From an uncultured Nitrososphaerota archaeon (lineage in GTDB: Archaea > Thermoproteota > Methanomethylicia > Culexarchaeales > Culexmicrobiaceae), in assembly GCA_964462875.1 (NCBI GenBank), contig CAYWZQ010000007.1, forward strand, positions 325-64,324: a stretch of DNA of 64,000 nt, in the 5' to 3' direction. This document shows, piece by piece, positions 29,299-41,451 of this stretch (position 1 is the first letter of the stretch; each line of letters begins with the position of its first letter). The translations under genes and the position numbers were made by a program. The notes beneath the pieces were generated by a model that searched no databases, was not told where the DNA came from, and was given only the letters and a program-made list of their open reading frames with translations.

Positions 29299-29408
29299 TG
29301 GACACCCTATCAAGCTAGTAGAAACCTAAAATAAAAGCTCAGCGATTGAATAGGAAAATTTTTATTTTAATTGCTCAAATTGCCTTTAAAGGTGGAGGAA
29401 TACATAGT

Positions 29409-29594
29409 ATGGTTAGTGGAGAGGAACTTAAGTTACCTACATGCATATCATGCAAGACACCAATCATACCAGGTGAGAAGGGAGTTTGCTTTCCATGTCC
29501 CAATTGCGGAGAAGTAATTATTTGGAGATGCCAAAAGTGCAGGTCCACGGCAAATCCATATAAGTGTCCTAAATGCGGATTTGAGGGGCCATAA
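29409..29594 (+). CDS. Small zinc-finger protein (DUF1610/HVO_2753-like)
   Basis: C.SC...F.CPNCG..I.RC..CR....Y.CP.CGF.GP; upstream of EF-1beta as usual. Confidence 0.9.
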   Translation: MVSGEELKLPTCISCKTPIIPGEKGVCFPCPNCGEVIIWRCQKCRSTANPYKCPKCGFEGP

Positions 29595-29604
29595 GGTGAT
29601 TTAA

Positions 29605-29874
29605 ATGGGTGAAGTACTTGCAATATTTAAAATATATCCAAAGGACATAAATATTGACTTAAATAAAATAATTGATGAACTGAAGAAGGCGCTGCCGGAA
29701 AACATTAAGATTGCGAGAACCGAAGAAGAGCCAATAGCATTCGGTCTTAAAGTTCTAAAAGTGGCAATGATTATGCCAGAGGATTTGGAGGGCGGAACAT
29801 CTACAATTGAAGATACCATATTAAAGCTACCGCAGGTTAGTCAAGTAGAAGTCGAATATGTTACGAGAGTGTGA
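29605..29874 (+). CDS. ef1b: Translation elongation factor aEF-1beta
   Basis: EPIAFGLK.L motif, 89 aa. Confidence 0.95.
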   Translation: MGEVLAIFKIYPKDINIDLNKIIDELKKALPENIKIARTEEEPIAFGLKVLKVAMIMPEDLEGGTSTIEDTILKLPQVSQVEVEYVTRV

Positions 29875-29929
29875 TGAAAGGGAAAGCACAAACTATATAC
29901 ACCTAAGACTGCAATAGTAACTCGCTTAA

Positions 29930-32152
<2,223 letters not shown>

Positions 32153-32166
32153 AGTCGTGATGAACC

Positions 32167-32412
32167 ATGCCTAAAAACACTTTATGGCCTTCCGAGCCTT
32201 TAGAGACAACAATACTATCTATTTTAAGAAGAAGAAAGGCCATGAGAGACATGGAACTCTTTGAAAACTTAAGACAACAATATGAAAATCTATCCTATAA
32301 GGAGTTCAATAAGGCTCTTATGAGATTAGAGATCTGGGGAAAAATTCTTGTAACAACGACTCGAAGAGATTTTAGGAATATAAGTTTAATAGAGGGAGAA
32401 CATGGGCGTTAA
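32167..32412 (+). CDS. Small winged-helix protein
   Basis: 'D.ELF..L......S..EFNK.LM.LEI.GKI.V' wHTH pattern between cdc48 and fen. Confidence 0.65.
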   Translation: MPKNTLWPSEPLETTILSILRRRKAMRDMELFENLRQQYENLSYKEFNKALMRLEIWGKILVTTTRRDFRNISLIEGEHGR

Positions 32413-33454
32413 TCTCAGAGACTTAATACCTGAAGAAGCTGTAGAAACCATTGAATTAAATCAGTTAAGAGGAAAGACTTTAGCAATTGATGCTTACAAT
32501 GCACTTTACCAATTTCTATCGATAATACGCCAACCAAATGGTACACCGCTAAAGGATTCGAAAGGCAGAATAACTAGTCACTTAAGCGGTTTATTCTATA
32601 GGACAGTTAATTTTCTTGAAGCAGGAATTAAACCAGTATATGTATTTGATGGCACTCCGCCAGAGATAAAGGAGTTGGAAATAGAGCGGAGAAAGAAAAT
32701 TAAAAAAGAGGCGGCAAAAAGGTACGAAGAAGCGTTAAAGAAAGGAGATTTAGAGGCAGCACGGACATATGCTCAGCAAACGGCTACACTTACGGAGGAA
32801 ATGGTTAATGATGCGAAAAGACTACTGGATGCTCTCGGTATTCCATGGGTGCAGGCTCCATCTGAAGGAGAAGCCCAAGCAGCATACATGGCAATAAAAG
32901 GAGATGTATGGGCAACAGCAAGCCAAGACTACGACTCACTACTATTCGGAACACCCAGACTAGTTAGAAATTTGACAATATCCGGTAGGAGAAAGCTCCC
33001 TAAGAAGAGAGAATACATTGAAATAAGTCCTGAAGTGATATATTTAGACAAAGTGCTGAAAAAACTTAAAATCACGCGAGAACAACTAATTGACATAGCA
33101 ATATTAATAGGAACGGACTACAATCCGGATGGTGTGAAGGGGGTAGGCCCCAAAACAGCGCTAAAACTCATAAGATTTCACGGTTCATTAAAGAAGGCAT
33201 TGAAGGAGATAAGAGAAGCGCATTTTCCTGTTGATCCAGATGAAATAAAGAAGATATTTCTTGAACCAAGAGTTACAAGCAATTACAAGCTCTCATGGAA
33301 TGAGCCGGATAGAGATAAAATAGTGAAGGTGCTATGCGATGAGCATGATTTCTCACTTGACAGAGTTCAAAGAGCCGTAGATAGAGCATTGAAAGCCTAT
33401 GAGGAATTAGTTAAGCAAGTTAGCCTGGAAAGATGGTTTAAATTTAACTATTGA
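32402..33454 (+). CDS. fen: Flap endonuclease 1
   Basis: [41 protein letters not shown] box QVSLERWF. Confidence 0.97.
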   Translation: MGVNLRDLIPEEAVETIELNQLRGKTLAIDAYNALYQFLSIIRQPNGTPLKDSKGRITSHLSGLFYRTVNFLEAGIKPVYVFDGTPPEIKELEIERRKKIKKEAAKRYEEALKKGDLEAARTYAQQTATLTEEMVNDAKRLLDALGIPWVQAPSEGEAQAAYMAIKGDVWATASQDYDSLLFGTPRLVRNLTISGRRKLPKKREYIEISPEVIYLDKVLKKLKITREQLIDIAILIGTDYNPDGVKGVGPKTALKLIRFHGSLKKALKEIREAHFPVDPDEIKKIFLEPRVTSNYKLSWNEPDRDKIVKVLCDEHDFSLDRVQRAVDRALKAYEELVKQVSLERWFKFNY

Positions 33455-34145
33455 AATTCAACTTCCATCCATACCTACCTATTAATGGCACAAACATGCA
33501 TCCTCCTGCACTAACTGTTTTAAGTGAACCATCAGCATTTTTTACGCCCACTATTAACTCTTGGTAGTAGCTTCCGCCAACAGGAATTACTATTTTACCA
33601 CCAATAGTTAATTGATTCACTAATGGATCAGGAATTTTAGGTGAAGCAGCAGTAACTAAAATTCTATCGTATGGAGCTGCTTCGGGATATCCTAAACTTC
33701 CATCTCCCAAGATAACAGTCACCCTATTTATGTAACCGGTCTTTTCCAAATTTCTCCTAGCAAAATCGACTAGCTCCGGTAATCTTTCAATCGTAAATAT
33801 GTGACCCCACTTTTCAGGATCTTCATCGGAGGGCGCAACTATTTCTGCGCATACAGCTGCATGATATCCGGAACCAGTACCTACTTCCAAAACTTTCATT
33901 CCAACATCTAACTCCAGTAATTCACACATTATTGCAACCATATGGGGAGCTGAAATTGTCTGACCACTCATAGTCGGTAATGGAGAATCAACATAAGCAT
34001 ATTCCCGATATCTTGGAGGAACAAATTCTTCTCGGGGAACTCTGAGCATGGCTTTAATTACTCGTGGATTTTTTAGAACACCTTCACTAATTAATTTGCT
34101 AATTAGCTGTTCCCTCCTCTTTTTGAAATTGCTTACGCTCATCAC
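33444..34145 (-). CDS. pcm: Protein-L-isoaspartate O-methyltransferase
   Basis: [33 protein letters not shown]. Confidence 0.95.
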   Translation of the reverse strand: MMSVSNFKKRREQLISKLISEGVLKNPRVIKAMLRVPREEFVPPRYREYAYVDSPLPTMSGQTISAPHMVAIMCELLELDVGMKVLEVGTGSGYHAAVCAEIVAPSDEDPEKWGHIFTIERLPELVDFARRNLEKTGYINRVTVILGDGSLGYPEAAPYDRILVTAASPKIPDPLVNQLTIGGKIVIPVGGSYYQELIVGVKNADGSLKTVSAGGCMFVPLIGRYGWKLNFNS

Positions 34146-34179
34146 AATTTATAATCGAGCTCGAGAGGTATAAAGATAT

Positions 34180-34617
34180 GTGGAGGAGATCATTGACATA
34201 ATTAAGGGACATGGACATCCAAACATAACTGCCACGCATAAAACAACATTAGAAGTTTCTAGGGAAGAGTACCTAACGCTGAGGGGGAATTGCATAGTGG
34301 TTATCGGCGCAGATAAGGGGGCATTGCAATTATCAGACAATCTTAAGAAAGCAATTAGAATGGGGGCTATGATTAGAGTAACAATTGAAGTTGACAATTT
34401 GAAAGATGAAATCATAGGGTATGGACATCCTAAGATAGAGCTAAATGATCCTATAAGCATAGTGGTGAGAAAAAGCAGCTACATTTGCCCAAGAACACTC
34501 ATGATAAAAGCAAATAAGGCTGCCTCAGACATTGATAGAAGGTTAATAAATAAAATCAAAAAAGAATATTGGAAAGAAGTAGTGATCACCATAACAGCCA
34601 AGCTTAATGAGAGATGA
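34180..34617 (+). CDS. DUF371 family protein
   Basis: GH.NI.A.H.TT.E, LT.RG.CI, V.RKS.Y...RT....A.KAA.D. Confidence 0.85.
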   Translation: MEEIIDIIKGHGHPNITATHKTTLEVSREEYLTLRGNCIVVIGADKGALQLSDNLKKAIRMGAMIRVTIEVDNLKDEIIGYGHPKIELNDPISIVVRKSSYICPRTLMIKANKAASDIDRRLINKIKKEYWKEVVITITAKLNER

Positions 34618-34640
34618 GTCATTGCGATGTTTGAAGCCCA

Positions 34641-35708
34641 TCAATTACCGAATTTAATATCAAGCACTACTTGCCATTTTTTAGGAGCAATTGCCCTAAT
34701 CATCCTCCAATTAATTATACTAAATGTCCCCCTCCAATAGCTTGAGAGAGCTTCTTTTACTTTATTCACGGCCTCTTCTATGGGCTCTTCACCTCCAGCA
34801 AAAGCATAGTAGTGTACTACACCCCCAGGCTTGATAAGTTTGCATGCGACATCCAAGTACTCGATGGCTTTCTCGGGTAAATTCATTATTACTCTATCAA
34901 CCATGTTCTCGAGCTTGCATGACATAAATATGGCTTTAGAATCACCCAAAATGGGATATACTTCCCCTTTCAGCTTGTTTAACTTAATATTTTCATTTAA
35001 GAGATGAATCGCATATCGGTTTATATCACAGGCAATGACCGTTGCATTGACCTTTTTTGCAATCATTATTGAGAAGGGGCCGACACCAGCAAACATATCG
35101 ACTATTAATTCACCGCTCCTAGCTTGATTCGAAACTCTATTATGCTCTGTTGATAGACGGGGACTAAAATATGTTCTCGCAATATCAACTTTGAAAAGGC
35201 AACCAAATTCTTTATGTATGGTTACGGTCCTATGCTCACCATAAATATGCTTTAACTCTCTAACTCTGAAGAGGCCGCTCACTGGCCCAGCTTTACTAAA
35301 AACCGCTTTAACTCTTGGATGAACTTTGATGATGGCTTCACCTATTAACCGCTCATATTTAGAAAGCTCAGGGGGGATTTCAATTATTGCGATGTCACCT
35401 ATTATATCGAAGGATCTTGGAAGACAAGCCAATTCCGAAGGCGTTAAAGCGTTTTCTAAAGCTTCAATTAAACTTTTCGGTCTCACGTGCCTTTCTTCGA
35501 ACGATGAAGTTATGAAGTCTACATCTCCTAGCTGTTTTCTTATTAAATTTTTCTCGTATTCATCTGGAGCTCTAATTAAGGGTATTAAAAGCGCATTGCT
35601 ATCAGCCAATTTAATTTTCTTCTTTTTATCTAATAGCTCAAGTCTTCTAAGTAAAGCAATTGCTTTATCACCCATCATTTTGCTTACTTTAATTGCTTGT
35701 GTCATCAA
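34641..35708 (-). CDS. trm5: Trm5-family tRNA (G37-N1) methyltransferase
   Basis: D.IGDIA, YFSPRL..E, DMFAGVGPF, DIN, MNLP. Confidence 0.88.
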   Translation of the reverse strand: MMTQAIKVSKMMGDKAIALLRRLELLDKKKKIKLADSNALLIPLIRAPDEYEKNLIRKQLGDVDFITSSFEERHVRPKSLIEALENALTPSELACLPRSFDIIGDIAIIEIPPELSKYERLIGEAIIKVHPRVKAVFSKAGPVSGLFRVRELKHIYGEHRTVTIHKEFGCLFKVDIARTYFSPRLSTEHNRVSNQARSGELIVDMFAGVGPFSIMIAKKVNATVIACDINRYAIHLLNENIKLNKLKGEVYPILGDSKAIFMSCKLENMVDRVIMNLPEKAIEYLDVACKLIKPGGVVHYYAFAGGEEPIEEAVNKVKEALSSYWRGTFSIINWRMIRAIAPKKWQVVLDIKFGN

Positions 35709-35762
35709 AATAGAGCTTAGAAAATTACCATTAATAATTCACGCATTTAGAATACATATGGA

Positions 35763-35852
35763 TGGCGGGCCCGGCGGGATTTGAACCCGCGACCGACGGG
35801 TTAAGAGCTTCGGCTTTCCATCCGCCGCTCTTCCTGGCTGAGCTACGGGCCC
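35763..35852 (-). tRNA. tRNA-Lys(CTT) with a 13-nt intron at position 30/31 (35809-35821)
   Basis: GGGCCCG TA GCTC AGCCAGGAA GAGC G GCGG[ATGGAAAGCCGAA]G CTCTTAA CCCGT...TTCAAAT...CGGGCCC GCCA; BHB-like junction. Confidence 0.93.
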
Positions 35853-35968
35853 TCACCAACTAATAGAAGGAGGGAGTATAATTAATGTTTCGCTGAAGAG
35901 AAATGCATGAGATCCTCGGTTAGATTTAATAGGTCATTGAATCATCAAAAGCTGGTGGAGAACTAGCC

Positions 35969-36763
35969 ATGCTATTTTTCATAGGACTTGGACTCTATAG
36001 TGAGAAAGGAATCTCGGTAGAGGGATTGGAAGTAGCCAGAAGTGCAGATAAAGTTTATATTGAAACATACACCAGCTTAATGCCCAATTTATCCATTAAG
36101 AAACTCGAAGAGATGATAGGGAAAAAAATCATAGTGCTAAGAAGAGCAGACTTAGAGGGAAAGAAAAGTTACGATCTAATTGATGAGGCCTATAAATTGG
36201 ACGTTGCACTGCTAGTTCCTGGAGATCCATTTGTCGCAACAACACATATACATCTGAGAATCGAGGCTGAGAAAAAAGGAATAAAAACTAAAGTCATTCA
36301 TGCAGCATCAATAGTATCAGCCATTGCAGGTGAAACGGGATTATTTAGCTACAAATTTGGTCGCTCAGTTACCATTACATTTCCATTTAAGGGTAGAGTT
36401 TCTGAAACTGCATATGATGTTGTTAAAGAAAATCTTAGCAGAGGTCTTCATACGCTACTATTTCTGGACATGGATGTTGAGAAAAGGAGGTTCATGAACA
36501 TTAAAGAAGCATTGAATATACTACTGGATATAGAGGAAAAAAGGAGAGAAAACGTAATAACCGAAGATACGCTAATTGTTGGATTAGCAAGAATAGGAGG
36601 AGAGGATTCTGTGATAAAAGCAGATTTATTGGGAAAGCTCATCAATTACGATTTTGGGGAGCCACCTCATACATTAATTGTCCCTGGAAAGCTACACTTT
36701 ATAGAAGCTGAAGCTCTGATAGTATTGGCTAAAGCCCCCGAAAGCATATTACATGATATGTAA
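35969..36763 (+). CDS. dph5: Diphthine synthase
   Basis: IGLGL, E.YTS, GDPF.ATTH, YKFG, GLHTL.FLD, FG.PPH. Confidence 0.95.
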   Translation: MLFFIGLGLYSEKGISVEGLEVARSADKVYIETYTSLMPNLSIKKLEEMIGKKIIVLRRADLEGKKSYDLIDEAYKLDVALLVPGDPFVATTHIHLRIEAEKKGIKTKVIHAASIVSAIAGETGLFSYKFGRSVTITFPFKGRVSETAYDVVKENLSRGLHTLLFLDMDVEKRRFMNIKEALNILLDIEEKRRENVITEDTLIVGLARIGGEDSVIKADLLGKLINYDFGEPPHTLIVPGKLHFIEAEALIVLAKAPESILHDM

Positions 36764-36777
36764 TTTGGAGGAAGAAA

Positions 36778-37491
36778 ATGAGCAATAAAGACATTGAAAG
36801 TAAGATAGCAAAATACATAGATGGACTTAAGTATGTGCTTGATCAAATACGTGATAAGAGAATTGAAAAAGAAGAAGTCAGAAAAATAGTTGACCTAGCT
36901 GAGAAATATTTTGAGGATGCCAAATATTATCTCAAAAAAGGGGATTACTTCACTAGTTTGATCTGCGTGGTTTATGCTGAGGGATTAATAGATTCTTTGA
37001 GATTTATGGGTGAAATTGACTATTTATGGAAGTTTGAAGTTCCTAAAGCATCTGGGAAGAAGGTTGTTGCGGCAGGCACATTTGATCTAATACATCCAGG
37101 TCATTTATGGTTTTTAAGAAAGGCTAGTGAATATGGCAGACTAACAGTCATTGTTGCCAGAGATAAAACAGTTAAGAAAATTAAGGGTCATCCGCCCGTA
37201 ATTCCTGAAGATCAAAGATTACTCGTAGTACAGGGGCTTAAGTACGTTGATGAGGCAGTCCTTGGATTTGAAAATGATGATCTGCTAAAGATAATTGAGA
37301 AGTTGAAACCAGATATACTGGTTTTAGGACCAGATCAAAATTTTATTCCAGAAGAAGAGCTGAAAAGAAAATTAAGAGAGCGGGGTTTGAAGACCGAAGT
37401 CGTGAAGTTAAGAGAACAATTCAATAAATGCAAATTTTATAAGACATCGGATATCGTAAGGGAAATAAAGCGAAAAGCCTACTGGAGCTGA
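36778..37491 (+). CDS. ribL: DUF357 domain fused to FAD synthetase (RibL-like nucleotidyltransferase)
   Basis: N-terminal 'A..Y..DA.YY...GD..TSL....YAEG..D' (DUF357); C-terminal GTFDLIHPGH, VARD, LGPDQ. Confidence 0.85.
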   Translation: MSNKDIESKIAKYIDGLKYVLDQIRDKRIEKEEVRKIVDLAEKYFEDAKYYLKKGDYFTSLICVVYAEGLIDSLRFMGEIDYLWKFEVPKASGKKVVAAGTFDLIHPGHLWFLRKASEYGRLTVIVARDKTVKKIKGHPPVIPEDQRLLVVQGLKYVDEAVLGFENDDLLKIIEKLKPDILVLGPDQNFIPEEELKRKLRERGLKTEVVKLREQFNKCKFYKTSDIVREIKRKAYWS

Positions 37492-38156
37492 TATCTCCTC
37501 GATTTGCAGATATTATGAGAAATAAGTATAGGTTCAGGCATCAATGGGTGTTTAACGGTCATTGACACTAACTTGAGAGCTGTATTGAGACTAACTTTGT
37601 GTCCAATGCTTACATATAAATATTTATTTTTACCAACCTTCAAAGCTGCGCCAACAACCTTACCTCTATAGATTATGGGATATGCATTGAGTGATTCACA
37701 TATCCGCGTATCATACATTACTTGGCCGCACAACTTCTTTTTTGCAACTCCAATGGTTGGCACATCCATGACTACGCCGAAATGACATGCCAATCCAAAT
37801 AATCTGGGATGAGCTCTGCCATGAGCATCTATTAGAACAACATCTGGAGCAGTTTTCAGCTTCTTAAAAGCCAATATGCATGGACGCAATTCTCTAAATG
37901 CAAGTAGGCCGGGAATGTATGGAATGTCAACAATACAGTGGGCAATTGAGTACTCGACTAATTTTAATTCTGGAAAATTGAGAAGGGAAGCGGCAGCAAT
38001 CGCATTTCCCTTACGGTAAGAAACATCAATTCCGCATATGTACTTTGGCGGATAATTGAAGCAGTCATGCTCAATAACCCTTAAAGACAGAACTTTCTGC
38101 ATGAGAAATGCTCTTTTAGCACTAAAGTTTGATAAAGATTTGCTTCTCCTATTCAC
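37479..38156 (-). CDS. nfi: Endonuclease V
   Basis: GIDVSY, PYIPG.LAFRE, D.HG..HPR..GLA.H, GVAK, S.GH, PEP. Confidence 0.95.
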   Translation of the reverse strand: MNRRSKSLSNFSAKRAFLMQKVLSLRVIEHDCFNYPPKYICGIDVSYRKGNAIAAASLLNFPELKLVEYSIAHCIVDIPYIPGLLAFRELRPCILAFKKLKTAPDVVLIDAHGRAHPRLFGLACHFGVVMDVPTIGVAKKKLCGQVMYDTRICESLNAYPIIYRGKVVGAALKVGKNKYLYVSIGHKVSLNTALKLVSMTVKHPLMPEPILISHNICKSRRYQLQ

Positions 38157-38217
38157 AAGAAAGAAATTTATCTTAGCGATAATTTTAAGTTAATGCATTT
38201 GAATTTGGATTATCGGT

Positions 38218-39174
38218 ATGGAAGCGCTTACAAAGATAATAGAAACCTATAGGAAGCAGGGTTATCATTTTGTGGGGAAATACGCCTTAATTAAGCCATG
38301 CCACTGGTTAAAGACTTCCTTAACAACCAAGGGAGCAAAGTATTGCTATAAGCAAAAGTTCTATGGAATACCTTCACATAGATGCCTCCAAATCTCTCCA
38401 ACAATAGCATGTACACAGCAGTGTTTATATTGCTGGAGAGTGCAAGCCTCAGACTTAAATGTTGAGTGGAATGAAATGGTGTTGCCTGATTACGATGATC
38501 CAGAGGAAATAGTAATTAACGCTATGATAAAGCAAAGACAGATATTATCCGGTTATAAAAGCAGTGAGCGTGTTGATAAAAGGATGCTTGAAGAGGCATT
38601 TCGACCAATACATGCCGCAATAAGCTTGGTCGGTGAACCGACCCTTTACCCAGAAATAGATGAACTAATAGGTGCATTCTTCAACCATGGATTTAAAACA
38701 GTTTTTCTAGTTACAAATGGAACTATGCCTAATGTACTTGGTAAGCTAGACAACGAGCCAAGCCAGCTTTATGTCAGTTTATCCGCACCAAACAAGGAAA
38801 CTTATAAGAAGCTATGTAGGCCGAAGCTTGATGATGGATGGGAGAGAGTCATGGAAACTCTAGAGCTCCTTAAAAGCTTTTCCTGTCCAACAGTCATTAG
38901 AATCACATTGGTCAAGGGATTCAACATGAAAAACTTAGAAGAATACGCCAAAATAATATGTAAAGCGGAACCGACATATGTTGAACCGAAGGCAGCCATG
39001 AGTTTAGGCGGATTTAGATATAGACTTCCTATTACTTCAATGCCAAAGTATAAGGAAGTGGAGGAATTCGGCAAGAAGCTTGCTGAATTAACGGGGTATA
39101 AAGTGATTGATAGCGCATTTAGTTCAAGAATAGTCTTATTGAGCAGATTAGATAAACCAATAAAATTGATTTAA
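38218..39174 (+). CDS. taw1: 4-demethylwyosine synthase (radical SAM, TYW1/Taw1)
   Basis: K.CHW, CYK..FYGI.SHRC, CTQQCLYCWR, AISL.GEP, VTNG, E.K. Confidence 0.95.
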   Translation: MEALTKIIETYRKQGYHFVGKYALIKPCHWLKTSLTTKGAKYCYKQKFYGIPSHRCLQISPTIACTQQCLYCWRVQASDLNVEWNEMVLPDYDDPEEIVINAMIKQRQILSGYKSSERVDKRMLEEAFRPIHAAISLVGEPTLYPEIDELIGAFFNHGFKTVFLVTNGTMPNVLGKLDNEPSQLYVSLSAPNKETYKKLCRPKLDDGWERVMETLELLKSFSCPTVIRITLVKGFNMKNLEEYAKIICKAEPTYVEPKAAMSLGGFRYRLPITSMPKYKEVEEFGKKLAELTGYKVIDSAFSSRIVLLSRLDKPIKLI

Positions 39175-39182
39175 AGAGGCTA

Positions 39183-39779
39183 TTAACCTTCAACGGGGAT
39201 AAACTTCTCATTTGCACCTTTGCTAGTTATGGATAGAATATCTATACCATCACCCGAAATCGCATCTCTTTCTATGGCAGCTTTAATGGCCCTAATGATT
39301 AATTCCTCACCCTCCTCTACACTCATGTCTGCTCGATACCCGGCCTCAATAATGCTTATGGCTAGTGTTGAACCAGAACCAACGGCGGCATACTTATCCT
39401 CAATTAATGAGCCTAGAGGGTCCAGTACGAAGAGGTGTGGGCCTGATGAATCTATTCCGGCAACTATTGTCTCTGTGATATATGGCATTTGCTTTCTGTT
39501 ATAGAGAATTACGGAGAGTAGTTTGGCTAAGCTTTTAACTGGCATTGGTCTTTTATAATCAAGTTCGTAGAGATTTGCTTCAGCCATAAGCGAGCGAGCT
39601 ATTAGTTGCATGTCCGAAACAAGTCCAGCGCAAGCAATCCCGAGATAGTTGGTTATCTTAAACACTTTCTTACCAGCTTTGCTCAGAATGGTATATCCAT
39701 ATGCAATACGCTTTTCAGATCCCAAAACTACACCGTTTTTACATACAATACCAGCAGCTGTCGCGCCAATAGTCGCCAT
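39183..39779 (-). CDS. psmB: Proteasome beta subunit, second paralogue (probably non-catalytic)
   Basis: Beta fold (GSGS, RDAISGDG) but N-terminus is MATIG-ATA rather than G-TTT. Confidence 0.9.
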   Translation of the reverse strand: MATIGATAAGIVCKNGVVLGSEKRIAYGYTILSKAGKKVFKITNYLGIACAGLVSDMQLIARSLMAEANLYELDYKRPMPVKSLAKLLSVILYNRKQMPYITETIVAGIDSSGPHLFVLDPLGSLIEDKYAAVGSGSTLAISIIEAGYRADMSVEEGEELIIRAIKAAIERDAISGDGIDILSITSKGANEKFIPVEG

Positions 39780-39904
39780 ATTGCATCGCCGGAACAAATA
39801 ATGGATACTCAGAGTTATTAATGTAATGTTTAATCCAATTCGCAAAGAGGTTATGAGGACGGAGAAGTAAATACTTTATTGTAAGCTAATTCCCGTGTTT
39901 AGCA

Positions 39905-41449
39905 GTGGAGGATAAGAAAGTAGTGGAAATGGAAAGCCTAGAGTTAAGACAGATTGTAGCTAAACTCATTAAAGAGGGACTACAGTTAAGTCCAGAAGCC
40001 ATAGAGTTTCTAGCCCGCATAAAGGAACCCGACAAGATAATCAATAACCTAATTGCTGGAATTAGAGTCATGAAGCCGCGACCATTAATATTAACATTAG
40101 ATGTAATATTGAAAATACTTGGTGAAGAAGAGGAAAATGAGGAAGAAGAAATTGAGGAGAACATTGACATAGTATTCGATGCATCGAATTTAATAGGAGC
40201 TAGGGGGAGAATAGAGGACTTCGTGGCATATTTCATGAGTAGATTCAATAAGATAAGACAAATATTCATGAAAGAGCGTTACGACATAAGAGGAACAAGA
40301 AGTATAATTGATATAAAGAAATATGCGAGAGAAAATGAAAAAGTTAAGCTAATTGTCATGATAATCGGTAAGAAGAAAATAAATGATGGAAAAATAATTC
40401 TCGAAGTTGAGGATCCCACTGGAGCTATAAGGGTAATTGTTCCCCAAGAGAAGGATTTAACAGACAAAGTTGAGAAAATCGTGAAGGATGAGGTTATATA
40501 TTTGGAGGGGAAAGTGACTAGAGATTATATCATTCTAAGCGATATATCTCAACCCGAGGTTCCGAGAATTGATCTAAATAATAAGGTATACCGCAGAAAT
40601 GGAAGAGTAGAGAATGATATCTATGCAGTGCTCATATCCGACCTGCATATTGGAAGTAAGTATTTCATGCGTTCAGCATTCAACAGGTTTGTATTGTGGA
40701 TTAACGGGAAGCTAGGGAGAGGCAAGATTAGGAGAATAGCGAAAAGGGTAAAATACCTGATTATCGCTGGCGACATTGTTGATGGAATAGGTATTTATCC
40801 GAATCAGGAAGAGGAGCTATTAATTAAGGATATTAAGAAGCAATATGAAGTAGCAGCAAAATATCTGTCTCAAATATCAGTGAGGAAAAGAATAATTATA
40901 ATACCGGGAAATCATGATGCAACGAGACAGGCACTTCCATCACCAGCAATATTCAAGGAATACGCTAAACCCCTCTATGAATTGCCTAATATCACTATTT
41001 TAGGTGATCCTGCCTACATTAAATTGCACAATGTTCTATTTCTAGTAACTCATGGTAGAAGCTTAGATGATATCTTGTCATCTATCCCGGGCACGCATTA
41101 TGATAATCCCGCTGAGGCAATGGTTGAGCTCTTGAAAAGAAGGCATTTAGCTCCAATTTATGGAGGAAAGACGCAAATAGCACCGGAACCCGAAGACTAT
41201 TTGGTCATAGATAAAGTTCCAGAAGTTTTCCATGCAGGGCACGTCCATACTTTTGGCTATTTAAGGTACAGGGGAGTGTTGATCGTGAATTCAGGTACAT
41301 GGCAAAGGCAGACAGGCTATATGAAAGCTATGGGCATTAAACCTAACCCGGGCAAGGCAGTTGTCGTCAGTTTAAGTAGAAGAAAAGTTGAAATGGTACT
41401 AGATTTTGCCACTGAAGAACTGGTTGAAAGCTTGGAACTTGGGGGATAA
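39905..41449 (+). CDS. DNA polymerase D small (proofreading exonuclease) subunit DP1
   Basis: OB fold (EDPTG), SDLHIGS, AGDIVDGIGIYP.Q, PGNHD, HG.S.DD, RHLAP.YG, GHVH, NSGTWQ. Confidence 0.95.
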   Translation: MEDKKVVEMESLELRQIVAKLIKEGLQLSPEAIEFLARIKEPDKIINNLIAGIRVMKPRPLILTLDVILKILGEEEENEEEEIEENIDIVFDASNLIGARGRIEDFVAYFMSRFNKIRQIFMKERYDIRGTRSIIDIKKYARENEKVKLIVMIIGKKKINDGKIILEVEDPTGAIRVIVPQEKDLTDKVEKIVKDEVIYLEGKVTRDYIILSDISQPEVPRIDLNNKVYRRNGRVENDIYAVLISDLHIGSKYFMRSAFNRFVLWINGKLGRGKIRRIAKRVKYLIIAGDIVDGIGIYPNQEEELLIKDIKKQYEVAAKYLSQISVRKRIIIIPGNHDATRQALPSPAIFKEYAKPLYELPNITILGDPAYIKLHNVLFLVTHGRSLDDILSSIPGTHYDNPAEAMVELLKRRHLAPIYGGKTQIAPEPEDYLVIDKVPEVFHAGHVHTFGYLRYRGVLIVNSGTWQRQTGYMKAMGIKPNPGKAVVVSLSRRKVEMVLDFATEELVESLELGG

Positions 41450-41451
41450 AT

